Assembly (NCBI GenBank): GCA_963801665.1
Contig: CAWDFL010000003.1
Location: 207,697 to 271,696, forward strand
Origin: an uncultured delta proteobacterium
GTDB lineage: Bacteria > Desulfobacterota > Binatia > Binatales > Binataceae
Length of the DNA: 64,000 nt
Direction of reading: 5' to 3'
Positions 20,416-32,200 of this stretch are shown here, piece by piece. The notes under the pieces are model-generated. The model did no database searches and was not told where the DNA came from. It saw nothing but the letters and a program-made list of their open reading frames with translations. The translations under genes and the position numbers were made by a program. Every line of letters starts with the position of its first letter. Within the stretch, counting starts at the first letter, position 1.

Positions 20416-21177
20416 ATGCCCACATTGGCTGGCAAGAGCACAATTATAACTGGCGGTGGTTCAGGAATCGGCCGCGCAACCGCGCTGATTGTGGCGCGTG
20501 AAGGAGCGCGCGTGATTATCGGCGACGTCTCCGAGCGCGACGGCGCCGAGACGGTGCGGATGGTTCGCGAGCACAGCGGCGAGGCCGAGTTCGTTCGCTG
20601 CGACGTGGCGCGCGCGTCCGATGCCGACGCGCTGGTGGCGGCCGCCGTGAAGAAATTCGGGCGGCTCGATTGCGCGTTCAACAACGCCGGAATCGCCGGT
20701 GCGCAGCGCAAGACCGCCGACTACGGCGAAGAGGAATGGGACCGGATCATGGCGGTGAATCTCAAAGGCGTATGGCTCTGCATGCGCGCCGAGATTCGCC
20801 AGTTCCTGGCGCAGAAGTCACCGGGCGCGATCGTGAACACCGCCTCGGCGGCTGGCTTGGTCGCGTCGCACTCGATGCCGGCGTACACGGCGGCCAAGCA
20901 CGGCGTCGTCGGCCTGACAAAATGCGCGGCAATCGAGTACGCGCGCGCCGCGATCCGTATCAACGACGTATGTCCTGGTGTGGTCGATACTCCGCTCGTG
21001 GCCGGCATGATCGCCCAGCAGCCCAAGCTTGCGGGACGGCTCGACCAGGTCGAGCCGGTAGGGCGAAAGGCGCGCGCCAGCGAGATCGGCGAAGCGGTAG
21101 CGTGGTTGCTCAGTGACGCAGCTTCGTTCGTGACCGGCGCGTCGATCTCGGTGGACGGTGGACTGACCGCGGTTTGA
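20416..21177 (+). CDS. Short-chain dehydrogenase/reductase
   Basis: TGGGSGIG, NNAG, YTAAK. Confidence 0.92.
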   Translation: MPTLAGKSTIITGGGSGIGRATALIVAREGARVIIGDVSERDGAETVRMVREHSGEAEFVRCDVARASDADALVAAAVKKFGRLDCAFNNAGIAGAQRKTADYGEEEWDRIMAVNLKGVWLCMRAEIRQFLAQKSPGAIVNTASAAGLVASHSMPAYTAAKHGVVGLTKCAAIEYARAAIRINDVCPGVVDTPLVAGMIAQQPKLAGRLDQVEPVGRKARASEIGEAVAWLLSDAASFVTGASISVDGGLTAV

Positions 21178-21183
21178 CCCGCG

Positions 21184-22596
21184 ATGCTTTCGCTCGATCC
21201 GTTTATCGAGGCCTCGGAGCTGCGCGATCTGATCCGCAAGGGTGAGTTGCGCCCGCGCGAGGTTGCGGAATTTTTCCTCGCCCGAATCGAGCGGCTGAAT
21301 CCTGATCTCGGCGCCTACATGATCGTCACCGCCGAGCGCGCACTCGCCGACGCCGCTCGAATTGAAGCCGAGCGAGATCGCGCGCGCGAGCTTCCGCTGT
21401 ATGGGATTCCCTATTCGCTGAAGGACCTGACGCCCACCCGGGAATTTCGAACCACGCTCGGATCGAAGAATTTCGCCGACTCGATTCCGCCCGAGGACGC
21501 GATTATCGCGACGCGGCTGCGCGAGGCTGGCGGGATTCTGCTCGGCAAGACCGCGACTCCCGAGTTTGGCGGACGGCCGACGACCGAGGGCGGACTGTGC
21601 GGAATCGCGCATAATCCGTGGAACGCGGAGTATAACGCCGGCGGATCAAGCGGCGGAGCGGCCGCGCAGATCGCCGCCGGCCTTGGCCCTCTGGCCGAGG
21701 GCAGCGACGGCGGCGGATCGATTCGCGGGCCCGCGTCGAACTGCGGCGTGGTCGGGATCAAGCCCTCGCGCGGGCGGCTGACCTACGCGCCGCATCGCGG
21801 CGAGGCGTGGGGCGGATTCGCGACGCGCGGACCGATCGCGCGTTCGGTGCGCGACGCGGCGCTGATGCTCGACGTGCTCGCGGGTCCCGTGGTCGGCGAT
21901 CCTTACTGGGCCGCGCCGCCTGCGCGCCCGTTCGCCGAGGCGCCGAGCGCAGCGCCGCGAAAGCTCCGGCTCGCCGCGATCACCGAGACCAAACTCGGGC
22001 CGGTCGATCCCGACGTAGCCGCCGCGTTCGATAGCGCGTGCGCCGCGATGCGCGAGCTGGGGCATCGCGTGGAGAGGGTCGCGCTCGATCCGGGCGCGAT
22101 GCTGCTCGAGTGTGCGCGCTCGCTCATCTGCGTCGGGATCGCGGCGATTCCGATCGCGGATCTCGGCCTGGTCGATCCGGTGGTTCGCGAGATGTATCAC
22201 CAGGGAAAAAAATTGTCGGCGGCCGAGTACGTGAACCTGGTCGCGGTGATGCACAATACGGCGCGCGCGATCGTGCAGGCGCTCGATCCGTTTGACGCGC
22301 TCCTGACGCCGACGATGACGATGCCGCCGATGCGCAATGGAACGTTCCCTTCGCGTCCCGATCGATATCTCGACGAGTTGTGGACCTGGATCGCGTTCGA
22401 ATATCCGGCTAACGCAACCGGGCAGCCGGCGATCACGCTACCGGCGGGATTTTCGCGCGATGGATTGCCAATAGGATTTCAGATCGTCGGCCGTCCTGCG
22501 GGCGAGTTCGATCTGATCGCGCTCGCAGCGCAATACGAAGCGGCGCGCCCATGGGCTCATCTGCGCCCGCTCGACTTCCGCGAATCCGGTCCGTGA
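21184..22596 (+). CDS. Amidase signature family enzyme
   Basis: KD, GGSSGG, GSDGGGSIR. Confidence 0.9.
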   Translation: MLSLDPFIEASELRDLIRKGELRPREVAEFFLARIERLNPDLGAYMIVTAERALADAARIEAERDRARELPLYGIPYSLKDLTPTREFRTTLGSKNFADSIPPEDAIIATRLREAGGILLGKTATPEFGGRPTTEGGLCGIAHNPWNAEYNAGGSSGGAAAQIAAGLGPLAEGSDGGGSIRGPASNCGVVGIKPSRGRLTYAPHRGEAWGGFATRGPIARSVRDAALMLDVLAGPVVGDPYWAAPPARPFAEAPSAAPRKLRLAAITETKLGPVDPDVAAAFDSACAAMRELGHRVERVALDPGAMLLECARSLICVGIAAIPIADLGLVDPVVREMYHQGKKLSAAEYVNLVAVMHNTARAIVQALDPFDALLTPTMTMPPMRNGTFPSRPDRYLDELWTWIAFEYPANATGQPAITLPAGFSRDGLPIGFQIVGRPAGEFDLIALAAQYEAARPWAHLRPLDFRESGP

Positions 22597-22709
22597 GCCG
22601 AGGCTACATCGATACGTCCGCGGCTCGTCTCCGGGTATCATCGTGGCGTACGGTTCCGGTAGACTTCTGCGGTCAAGCCCCCGTTGGCGCTCCGCGCGTT
22701 CGCTGAATA

Positions 22710-24498
22710 ATGGCAACTGAAAGTTCCGCGTTGAAAATTCCGGCCGAAGCGCCGGTCCTGGCGTCCGAGCATGTTTCGTGGCGGCTCAAGCTCCTCTATG
22801 GAGCGCCGAACTTCGCGGGCGCCGCGCTTGTAATTCCGATCCTCATCAACATGCCCAAGTTCTACGCCGACGTGGTCCTGGTGCCGCTCGGCTATCTTGC
22901 GATCGCGATCGCGCTGGCGCGTTCGCTCGACGCGATCAGCGATCCTGTCGTCGGATGGGTCTCGGATCGCACGCGCACCCGGCTCGGGCGTCGCCGACCG
23001 TACCTGATCGTCGGACCGCCGCTATGCGGAATCGCGTTCTACGCGATGATGAGTCCGCCGATCGGAATGACCGGCACGCAGTCCGCGTGGTGGTTCGGCG
23101 TCACGTTCATTCTTTATTTCATTTTTCACACCGTCTACGTTTTGCCGCATTACGCGCTCGGGCCGGAACTGACGCTGGACTACAACGAGCGCTCGAGCCT
23201 GTTCGGCGTGCGCGAGGCGTTCACGATCCTCGGGACGATCGTCGCCTCGGCGGCGCCGGGAATCCTGATGCACGTGATGGGCTGGAATGAGCGGCACGTC
23301 TATCACTTTCTGGGAATCGCATTCGCGCTGCTGCTGACAACGCTCTATTGGATGCTCGCGTATGGAGTGCGCGAGCGCCCCGGCTTCGCCAAGCGCGAAT
23401 CGAATCCGCTGGTTCCGGGAGTTCGCCGCGCGCTGCGCAATCGTCCATTCCGGATTCTGCTCGCGAGCTATATCGTCGGTTCGATCACCGGCGCGATCCC
23501 GGCGACGCTGCTTCCGTTCTTCAATGCATACGTGATCGAGCCGAAGAATCCCGCGCTGTGGCTGTCGATCGAGCTGCTCGGCTACTTCGGCGTGGGTTTC
23601 TTGTGCTTGCCGCTCTGGGTCTCGGCGGCGAAACGATTCGGCAAGCTGAACGCCTGGCTCGCGAGCTTCGTTATGGGAGTGTCGGGCGGCGCCGCGATGT
23701 ACTTCATCGGCAAGGGCGACACGACGACATTGTTCGTGTTGATTAGCTGGGCGGGAGCGAGTTTCGGCGCGGGATTGTTTCTGGGTCCGTCGATGCAAGC
23801 CGACGTGATCGATTACGACGAGTTCTATACCGGCCGGCGCAGCGAGGGCCAGTACACCGCGTTCTGGAGCATCCTGCCGAAATTTGTCGCGATTCCGAGC
23901 GCCGCGCTGCCGATCGCGGTGCTCGCTGAAATCGGATACGTGCCCAACGCAGTGCAGACGCCCGAAGTGATTTTCGCGATCAAGGCGATTTTCGCGCTGG
24001 CTCCCGCGCTCTGCGGAGCGCTGTCGTTCCTGATCGCGTGGCGATATCCGATCACGAGCGAGATTCATCATGAGATTCTGGCCGGGGTCGAGCTTCACAA
24101 CCAGGGCCTGCCAGGCGACTGATCCTCTTAGCGGCAGGGTCATCTCTCCGCCGAACGCGCGGGGAGTTGACGAGGCGACCGGCTGGTTCCTGGATTATTT
24201 CTCGCCGCGCGAGCTGCGCCGCTTCTTGAAGGAAGGTGCGCGCGCGCCAGTTCGCGACGTCGCGATCGTTGCTTTTTCGGCCTTGGCGGTTTCTGTCGCC
24301 GCCGCGATTCTCGCGATCGAGCGGATGGGCGGGGCGTCATCGGATCCGGGAGCGATCACCTCTCTCAGCGTCGTGACCGCCGGCTTCGCGTTGGCGATAT
24401 TCCTGTTTCACATGCTGCGGTTCGGCCCGGCGCGCAGGCTGGCTTCTGGAGCGATCTCGCCGGCGATGGTCCGCGCGCATCTGAACGACGCGCACTGA
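22710..24498 (+). CDS. MFS (GPH/melibiose-type) transporter, frameshift near 24113
   Basis: DAISDP...SDRTRTRLGRRRPY, ADVIDYDE; continues in the 24070..24498 frame (ATDPLSG...). Confidence 0.8.
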
Positions 24499-24529
24499 TC
24501 ACGCCACGCGTGTGCTCCGATGCGGCCGA

Positions 24530-26071
24530 TCAGGGTTCAGTGATGATCCTCCAGTGGCGGCCCTCGCGGGCGAGCAGATGGTCGGCCTCCTCCGGCCCCC
24601 AGCTTCCGGCTGCGTAGTTCGGAAATTCGCGCGGCGGCAATGCGTTCCACACGTCGAGCACCGGAGTGACGACGCGCCATCCGGCCTCGACCATGTCGTC
24701 GCGCTGGAACAGCGTCGGGTCGCCGATCATGCAATCGAGCAGCAGGGTCTCGTATCCGGTTGAAGGCGCGGCGCCGAAATAACTCGTGTACTTGAAGTTC
24801 ATATCGACCGAACCGATCTTGACCGACGGTCCGGGAATTTTCGCGCTGAAGCGCAGCGAGATGCCCTCGTCGGGCTGGATGTGCATGACCAGTTGATTGG
24901 TGGACATCTGCTCGACGCCGGTGTCTTTGAACAGCAGCAAGGGAGCGCGTTTGAAATTGATCGCGAGCTCGGTTACGCGTTCCGCGAGCCGCTTGCCGGT
25001 GCGGACGTAGAACGGCACTCCCGCCCAGCGCCAGTTGTCGATATGCAGTTCCAGCGCGGCGTAGGTTTCGACGTGCGACTCGGGATTGACCTGGTCCTCC
25101 TTGCGATACGCGCGAACCTTTTTGCCCAACTCGGTCCCGTCGCCGTACTGGCCGCGCACCGCCATCGTGATTACGTCCTCGGACGAGAGGATCTGAATCG
25201 CGTTCAGGAGTTTTGCCTTTTCGTCACGCACGGCCTCGGCGCCGAATGAGGTCGGCGGCTCCATCCCGATCATCGCGATGAGCTGCATCATGTGATTGGG
25301 CACCATGTCGCGCAGCGCGCCGGCGGTTTCGTAGTAGCCGCCGCGTTCCTCGACGCCCACCGTCTCCGCGGCGGTTATCTGCACCGAATCGATATAGCGC
25401 CGGTTCCAGATCGGCTCGAAAATTCCGTTACCGAAGCGGAACACCAGCATGTTCTGCACGGTCTCTTTGCCCAGGTAATGATCGATCCGGTAGATTTGGT
25501 CTTCCTTGAGCACTCCCTTGATTTCCTTGTTGAGCGCCTGCGCGGACTCGAGGTCGCGGCCGAACGGTTTTTCGATCACGACCCGGCGCCAGTTCCCGTC
25601 CTTCTCTTCCGCAAGGTCCGCTGCGCCGAGCTGGCGGACGATTTCTCCGAAAAATTGCGGCGCGACCGCAAGGTAGTAGAGACAATTTCCCGGAAGGTCC
25701 TGCTCCTTCGCGGTCTTCGCCAGAGTGTCCTTCAGAGCCGCGTAGAGTTTATGGTCGGTGAAATTTCCGGAAAGGTAATACACTTTCGAAACGAACGACT
25801 TCCACAGTTTTGGATCGACCTTTTCGGTGGCGTACTTTTTGATTTCCCCCGAGAGCTGATTTCGGAAAACCTGGTCGGTGTATTTCTCGATCGAGACGCC
25901 AACGATCGCAAATTTATCCGGCAGGAATTTGCCATGCAGCAAATTGTAGAGCGCGGGAAACAGCTTGCGCTTGGTCAGATCGCCGGCGGCGCCGAAAATC
26001 ACGATCGTGCATGGATCGCCCGGACGCGCCTGGGTGACGTTGTCGATATTTTCAACTTTTTCCTTCGCCAT
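24530..26071 (-). CDS. zwf: Glucose-6-phosphate 1-dehydrogenase
   Basis: [38 protein letters not shown]. Confidence 0.95.
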   Translation of the reverse strand: MAKEKVENIDNVTQARPGDPCTIVIFGAAGDLTKRKLFPALYNLLHGKFLPDKFAIVGVSIEKYTDQVFRNQLSGEIKKYATEKVDPKLWKSFVSKVYYLSGNFTDHKLYAALKDTLAKTAKEQDLPGNCLYYLAVAPQFFGEIVRQLGAADLAEEKDGNWRRVVIEKPFGRDLESAQALNKEIKGVLKEDQIYRIDHYLGKETVQNMLVFRFGNGIFEPIWNRRYIDSVQITAAETVGVEERGGYYETAGALRDMVPNHMMQLIAMIGMEPPTSFGAEAVRDEKAKLLNAIQILSSEDVITMAVRGQYGDGTELGKKVRAYRKEDQVNPESHVETYAALELHIDNWRWAGVPFYVRTGKRLAERVTELAINFKRAPLLLFKDTGVEQMSTNQLVMHIQPDEGISLRFSAKIPGPSVKIGSVDMNFKYTSYFGAAPSTGYETLLLDCMIGDPTLFQRDDMVEAGWRVVTPVLDVWNALPPREFPNYAAGSWGPEEADHLLAREGRHWRIITEP

Positions 26072-26112
26072 CGAGGTTCCTTTGCCGCCCTGATTCCGGT
26101 CGCGGCGCGTTC

Positions 26113-27133
26113 TCATTTGCCGGGCTTTTCGAGATGTCCGCCAAACTCATAGCGCATCGCGGACAAGAGCTTGTCGGCAAAGTCGGCCGAGCCGCGTGAA
26201 CTGAAGCGCTCGAACAACGCCAAAGTCAGGACATTCAGCCGGCACGCCCTCGTCGATCGCGGCGTCGATAGTCCATCGCCCTTCGCCCGAGTCCGATACG
26301 CGGCCCTCGAACTTCTTGAGCTCGGGGTCGCCCAGCAGCGCACTCGCGGTCAGATCGAGCAGCCACGACGAGATCACGCTGCCGCGCCGCCATACCTCGG
26401 TTATATCGGTGAGGTTCATGTCGTACTGATACAGCTCGGGATTGCGCAACGGGGTGGTCTCGGCGTCGGATGCGCCCTTGGTTTTGCCGATGTTGGCATG
26501 GCGCAGAATGTTCAGCCCCTCGGCGTATGCCGCCATGATTCCGTACTCGATCCCATTGTGCACCATCTTGACGAAATGCCCGGCGCCGTTCGCGCCGCAA
26601 TGCAGGTAGCCGTGCTCGGCGGTGCTGTTCTTTACCTTGTCGCGTCCTTCGGTGCGCGGTGCGCTGTCCATCGGCGGTGCGAGAGCCGCGAAAATCGGAT
26701 CGAGATGCTTTACCACACCAGCCTCGCCGCCGATCATCTGGCAGTAGCCGCGCTCGAAGCCCCACACGCCGCCGCTGGTTCCCGAATCGACGTAGTGTAT
26801 TCCCTTGGCGGCGAGGATCTTGGCCCGGCGAATGTCATCGACGTAGTACGAGTTGCCGCCGTCGACGATTATGTCGCCGCGCTCGAAGCGCTTGCTGAGC
26901 TCGTCGACGGTGCTTTCCACCACCGCCGCCGGCACCATCATCCAGGTCGCGCGCGGTTTGGCCAGTTTGGCGACGAAATCGTCCATCGACGTTGCGCCGG
27001 TCGCGCCTTCCTTCACCAGCGCCTTGACCGAGTCCTGGCTTACGTCGAACACCACGCATTGATGGCCCGCGCGAATCAGCCGTTTGACCATGTTCGCGCC
27101 CATTCTGCCCAGTCCGATCATTCCCACCTGCAT
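26113..27133 (-). CDS. gnd: 6-phosphogluconate dehydrogenase, decarboxylating (short type), frameshift near 26237
   Basis: [33 protein letters not shown]; C-terminus [10 protein letters not shown] in the adjacent frame. Confidence 0.92.
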
Positions 27134-27259
27134 TGGAAATTCTCCCTTCGTCGAGTAATCGCGCCTTGATTATAGTACGCGCGCCTGCGCGATGACGCCT
27201 GTTTATTTCGGCAGTTCGCACCGCCCGCGAACGACGCGGCTATTTCATGAGAACTTAAT

Positions 27260-29278
27260 TCAGCCCTTGGCTTTGCCGCCGCGATAGCGCTCGATCGCCC
27301 GCGCGAGTCCGGAGAACCGTTCGATACGCCGCGCCACCGCCTGTTCGAGCAGGTCTTCGCCGCCAAAGATCACGCATGACCGCCGGCTGCGGCTGACTGC
27401 GGTGTAGATCGTCTCGCGCGAGAGCAGCGGCATGTCGCGTTCGGGCAGAATCAGCGCGACGCAATCGTATTCCGAGCCTTGCGCCTTATGCACCGTCATC
27501 GCGTAGCACAGATCGATCGCGTCCGACAGCATTTCGATTCGGAACGCGGCAAGGCCCGACTCTCGCGCGAACACTGCCGCCAGCGAGCGGCGCCCACCGC
27601 GCTCGGCAAGATTCACCAGCACGCCCTGATCGCCGTTGAACAGCATATGATCGTAATCGTTGTGCAGGACGATAACCGGCTCGCCCGCGATCATCGCGCC
27701 TCGCTCTCGCGGTGTGACGCGGCCAAGCGCCGCGCGATGCATCCGCGTGTTGATCGCGTCGGCGCCGGAGCGGCCAATCCGCGTCACGCAAAGGATTCTG
27801 GCCCGCGCCAGATGCGCGAGCATCCTTGCCACGGTCGCCGAGTCCTCGGCGCTGAATGCACCATCTTCGAGCGAATAAGTCTTCTGCGCCATCGCGGCGT
27901 ACTCATCGGACTCGATTTGCGCGCGCGCGAAGTAGGATAGAAATTCCGGCAGCGACTCCGAGGCGCCGGTGACGAGCTCGACACCGGAAAACGCGATCTC
28001 GGCTGCGGTCGCCCGCTTGATTACCGGACTGTCAGCGGCCGAGATCAGATCGGTGCGTCCCTCGTTGATTTGCCGCGCCGCGAGCGCGATCGCCGCTCCT
28101 CCCGTGTCCTCGGCCTTGGCGCGATAGTTCTTACTTAGCGTCGCACTTGCCGCTGGTTCTGCTCCCGGCATCAGATCGCGCAGCACCGCGCCCGCGGCGA
28201 CCGACGGCAACTGATCCGCGTCACCGACAATCGCCAGGCGCGCCTGCGGCCGCAGCGCCGCCGTCAGATGATCCATCAACGTCAGATCAAGCATCGACGC
28301 TTCATCGACGATCACAACGGACGCGTCGAGCGGATTGCCGCGATGATGAACAAAAGATCTTCGGGTGCTCGAAAATCCGAGCAGGCGATGAATCGTGGAC
28401 GCGGCAGGAATCGCTGCGGCGAGCGTCGAATCTTCGGGCGCGGGATTCTCGATCGAGCTAATCGTGTTCCGGATCGACTCATTCATCCGGTACGCGGCCT
28501 TGCCGGTAGGCGCAGCCAGCGCGATCGCTGCCGGATCAATCCCGACCCGCACCAGCACGCGCAGGATCGCAGCGATAATTGAAGTCTTGCCAGTCCCCGG
28601 TCCTCCGGAAATTATCGCAAGTCGCGAGCCCGCTCCGATTTCCACCGCCCGGCGTTGTTCGTCAGAAAGCACGGCCGCGGCGCCGGCGATCATTGCCGGA
28701 CGAGCAACCAGATCCGCAAGCGACTCCGCGATAGCCTGCTCGCTCGGCGCACTGTCGATATCGATCATCGCCGCGAGGCGCTCGGCGACTCTCTGCTCGG
28801 CGCGGTAGATTCGCTCGTGGTAGAGATACGGCTTCAGATAAAGCAGCGGACGCCGCGCGTCGGGACTTCGTCCGATAACCGCGGGCGCGCTGCCAGCGTC
28901 GAGAATCTCCGCGATTTTTTGCGCGACGCGATCGCGCGCGGAATCGTCGAACGGCGGCGCCATCAGGGCGGAAAGCATCCGCTCCAGCGGTTCTTTTGAT
29001 TCATCGCCGCTCACCGGTAGCCGCGTGTTGCCCTCAGCGACGGCTGCCAGCGACAGGACAATCAGCGCTATCAGCGCGAACCTCGCGCTGTCGTCAAGCT
29101 CGGGCGCGAGCGCGGCGATTTCCGCCGCCAGATGCACCGCGCCAGGATCGAGATTAAGTTCGGCGACCGACGCGCGAAGATGCGCCATGTCGGTGTCGAA
29201 CTGTGTCGCGGCGCGATCCGCACGCGCGCTGCGCTGCCACGCCGTGTCCATTCCGAGCAGAGGGTAGAGGGGTTTCAT
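27260..29278 (-). CDS. recD: Exodeoxyribonuclease V alpha subunit
   Basis: GGPGTGKT, APTGKAA, TIHRLLG, VDEASM, GDADQL, TVHKAQGSE; ATGA overlap with recB. Confidence 0.92.
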   Translation of the reverse strand: MKPLYPLLGMDTAWQRSARADRAATQFDTDMAHLRASVAELNLDPGAVHLAAEIAALAPELDDSARFALIALIVLSLAAVAEGNTRLPVSGDESKEPLERMLSALMAPPFDDSARDRVAQKIAEILDAGSAPAVIGRSPDARRPLLYLKPYLYHERIYRAEQRVAERLAAMIDIDSAPSEQAIAESLADLVARPAMIAGAAAVLSDEQRRAVEIGAGSRLAIISGGPGTGKTSIIAAILRVLVRVGIDPAAIALAAPTGKAAYRMNESIRNTISSIENPAPEDSTLAAAIPAASTIHRLLGFSSTRRSFVHHRGNPLDASVVIVDEASMLDLTLMDHLTAALRPQARLAIVGDADQLPSVAAGAVLRDLMPGAEPAASATLSKNYRAKAEDTGGAAIALAARQINEGRTDLISAADSPVIKRATAAEIAFSGVELVTGASESLPEFLSYFARAQIESDEYAAMAQKTYSLEDGAFSAEDSATVARMLAHLARARILCVTRIGRSGADAINTRMHRAALGRVTPRERGAMIAGEPVIVLHNDYDHMLFNGDQGVLVNLAERGGRRSLAAVFARESGLAAFRIEMLSDAIDLCYAMTVHKAQGSEYDCVALILPERDMPLLSRETIYTAVSRSRRSCVIFGGEDLLEQAVARRIERFSGLARAIERYRGGKAKG

Positions 29279-32200
29279 CGATTGAGCCCCATCTCGAACG
29301 GCCGCATCAGCTCGCGTTCAGCGCGCACCACTTCGGCCCATGGCGGATGATAAAAGTAGACCCCGCGATTTCCGCCGTTGGGCGTGATGCCCCGAATGAA
29401 CAGGTAGAGCAAGCCGCCGAATGCGGCCTCGTATTCAGCCTCGCTGTGAATTCCAAGCAGACGGGTGACGCCGATAGTGTAGATCTTTGCCTGCAGGATG
29501 TAGTTATTCCGCGCGTGCTCCGCGACCGACTCGAGTTCGTACGAGTCCAACAGGTCGCTCTTCCAGTCGGCGAAGTAAACGCGAGCTTCGTGGCGAAAAA
29601 CGAAATCCACGAATCCAACATACACTCCCCGCTCGATTCGCCATCGCGCGGCGTCGTTCGCCGGTCCGGAATCGAGCAGGCGATGAGCCAGCTCGGGCAT
29701 CGGAAACGTGAACTCCATCTCGCGCGAGGACTCGCATCGAGCCAATGCGGGAATGGTTTTGGCTCCAACCGCGATTGGCGATCGCAACGTATTGAAGACA
29801 ATCTCGGGACCGCGAATCATCCAGCGCTCGCGTTCCGGCACCTGATGACGCCGCAGCACGGAATCGAACAGCTCGCGAACTTCAGGCAGCGCGCTCCAGG
29901 TAGTCAGATCGCTCGCAGCAGCCAGAGCGTTCAGATCGAGCTTTTCGATCACCTCGTGCAGAAAGATTCCGGCCGCGGCGCCGCCACCGGGCTCCGATGC
30001 GATCCCTGGAAGCTCGGCGGTGGGTTCGAGGTCGCTCTTGTATTCGCTCAGATCGAGTTCCGGTACGGCGCGCCGATGTAAAGACGTGTACGATAGTGTC
30101 GAAAGCGGGGCGCATCTGTGTGCGAGGGCCGCGAGCTCGCTTTCGAGTTTTGCGGCGCTCGGGTCCGCGAGCAGATTCGCCGGCGGCCTCCATCCGCTGA
30201 TCGAGTTCGCGTTCGCATCGGTCTCGCGCGGAGCCATTTCCAGGGCAACGGTCTCGAATAGAGGCTCCGCAAGCTGTCCGGCCGCGTCCATCGCGCGCAG
30301 GCGGTTGTTGAGCTGCTTGTATGGTCCGGATACGTCCCTTCCGAGTTTAGTCGGGATATACGGAAGATATAGTTTTGCGCGCGCGCGAGTGATCGCTACG
30401 TACAGCAGCCTTTGATCCTCCTCGGCCTCGTCTTGATCGATTTTCTTCTTTTCCTGGCGCTGCGCCTCGCTGCCAATCGCGAGCTGACGATCGCCCTCCC
30501 TGTCATGAAAAATCTTCACCGGACGCGGACTGGTGTTTGCGAAGAAACCGCCGAACACGAAAACGACTCGCGCTTCGAGTCCTTTGGCTTTGTGAATCGT
30601 CATGATCTGGACTGCCGCGCGTTCGCTTTCGAGCCGCATGAGATTCGGATCCTCGCCCGACGGCAGCCGGTACTCGCCGACGTAGGCGGCGAGACGATCG
30701 ACAATGTCCGCGATCGTCCATCCTTCCCTGAGCGATTCCGCGAGGAGCAACTCGAACAGGTGTTCGTAATTGGTAAGCTCGCGCAGATTCGGCGCTCCAA
30801 ACAGTTGACGCGCCGCGAGCCCGCTCTCTTCGAGCAGCGCGTCGAACAACTCGGCGAATTCTCCTTCCTTCGCGAGTCCGTGCCACTTCGCCAGCCGCGC
30901 CATCAGCGGATCGGACGGCTCCGGCTCGCCCAGCTTCGCGAGCTCGCGCATCGGGACGCCGAAAAACGGCGTTGCCCACGCCTTCAGGCGATGCGATCGA
31001 TTGTTAGGCGCGGCGACTGCTCGCAACACGTCGAGGACATCGCGCGCTTCATCGGTCTGAAACAATCCTTCGCGCTTGTAGAATGCGTACGGAACGCCTT
31101 CCGCGCGGAGATACTCGGCAAGTTTGATTCCTTCGGCGTTAGTGTTGGTCAGGATAAAGATATCTCCGTACGCGACCGCGGGTCCGGACTTCGCGCCGTC
31201 AGCGACGGTGATCGCCGAGGCAGGGTCATTCACGATCGCATTGATCGTCGCCGCGATTCGGCACGCGAGCATCCGTCTGAGGGCCGCCGCCTTGTATTTC
31301 GCGTCGTGTTTCGCCGCGATCAGCGTGATTGGGATCAGCTCTTTGCCAGCGGCTTTAGCACACAGATCTTCGCGCCCGCAGGAGACCGGGTTCTGATATT
31401 TGATCGTGCTGCTGAACAGCGGCGGATTCGCGTTCTGATCCAAAATCGCGTTGACGGCGGCGATCATCGGCGCGGTCGAGCGAAAGTTCCGGGTCAGCGC
31501 GATCGGATCATTCGGCGGCGCGGCAATTGTGCTCCGCGCCCGCAGGTAAGCGTGAACATCGGCGCCCCGAAACGAATAGATTGCCTGCTTGGGGTCGCCG
31601 ATAAGATACAAAGCGCTCCGCGTATCGCCCTCGACAAAAATTTTACGGAAGATCGCCCACTGGACTTCGTCGGTGTCCTGGAACTCGTCGATCAGCGCGA
31701 AGCGATAGCGGGCGCGCAGCGCCGCCGCCAGTCTGCCGTCGGCATCGTTCGCGAGCGCTTCGTGCACGCGCTCGAGCATGTCGTCATAGTCGATCACGCC
31801 GCGGCGGAATTTTTCCGCTCGCAGCCACTCGCGTATCGGCCGAACGAACCGGGAGGCCAGCCGAGATTCGATCGACGCCGCCGATGCGCCGCCTTCCGGC
31901 TCATAGTGATTGCTATTCACCTCGAAGAGCATCTTTTCGAGATCGTCAACCGACTTGCCCGAATCTTTAATCCATTTCTCCAGGGGCTCGGAGTATTCGG
32001 CGTCGGATATTTTTTTTTCGCGCAACACCGCGCGAAACGCCTCGTGGAACAACGCGCGTCCATCGGCGGCCTCGGTCCCGAACCTTGCGCCGGTATCGAA
32101 TGCGAGTTCAGTCAGGACTCGTTGGCAGAAGCTGTGAATCGTATGAATCGGCGCGCGCTCAAAGGAAAACAGCGCCGCCTCGAGCGGCGCGATCAGATCG

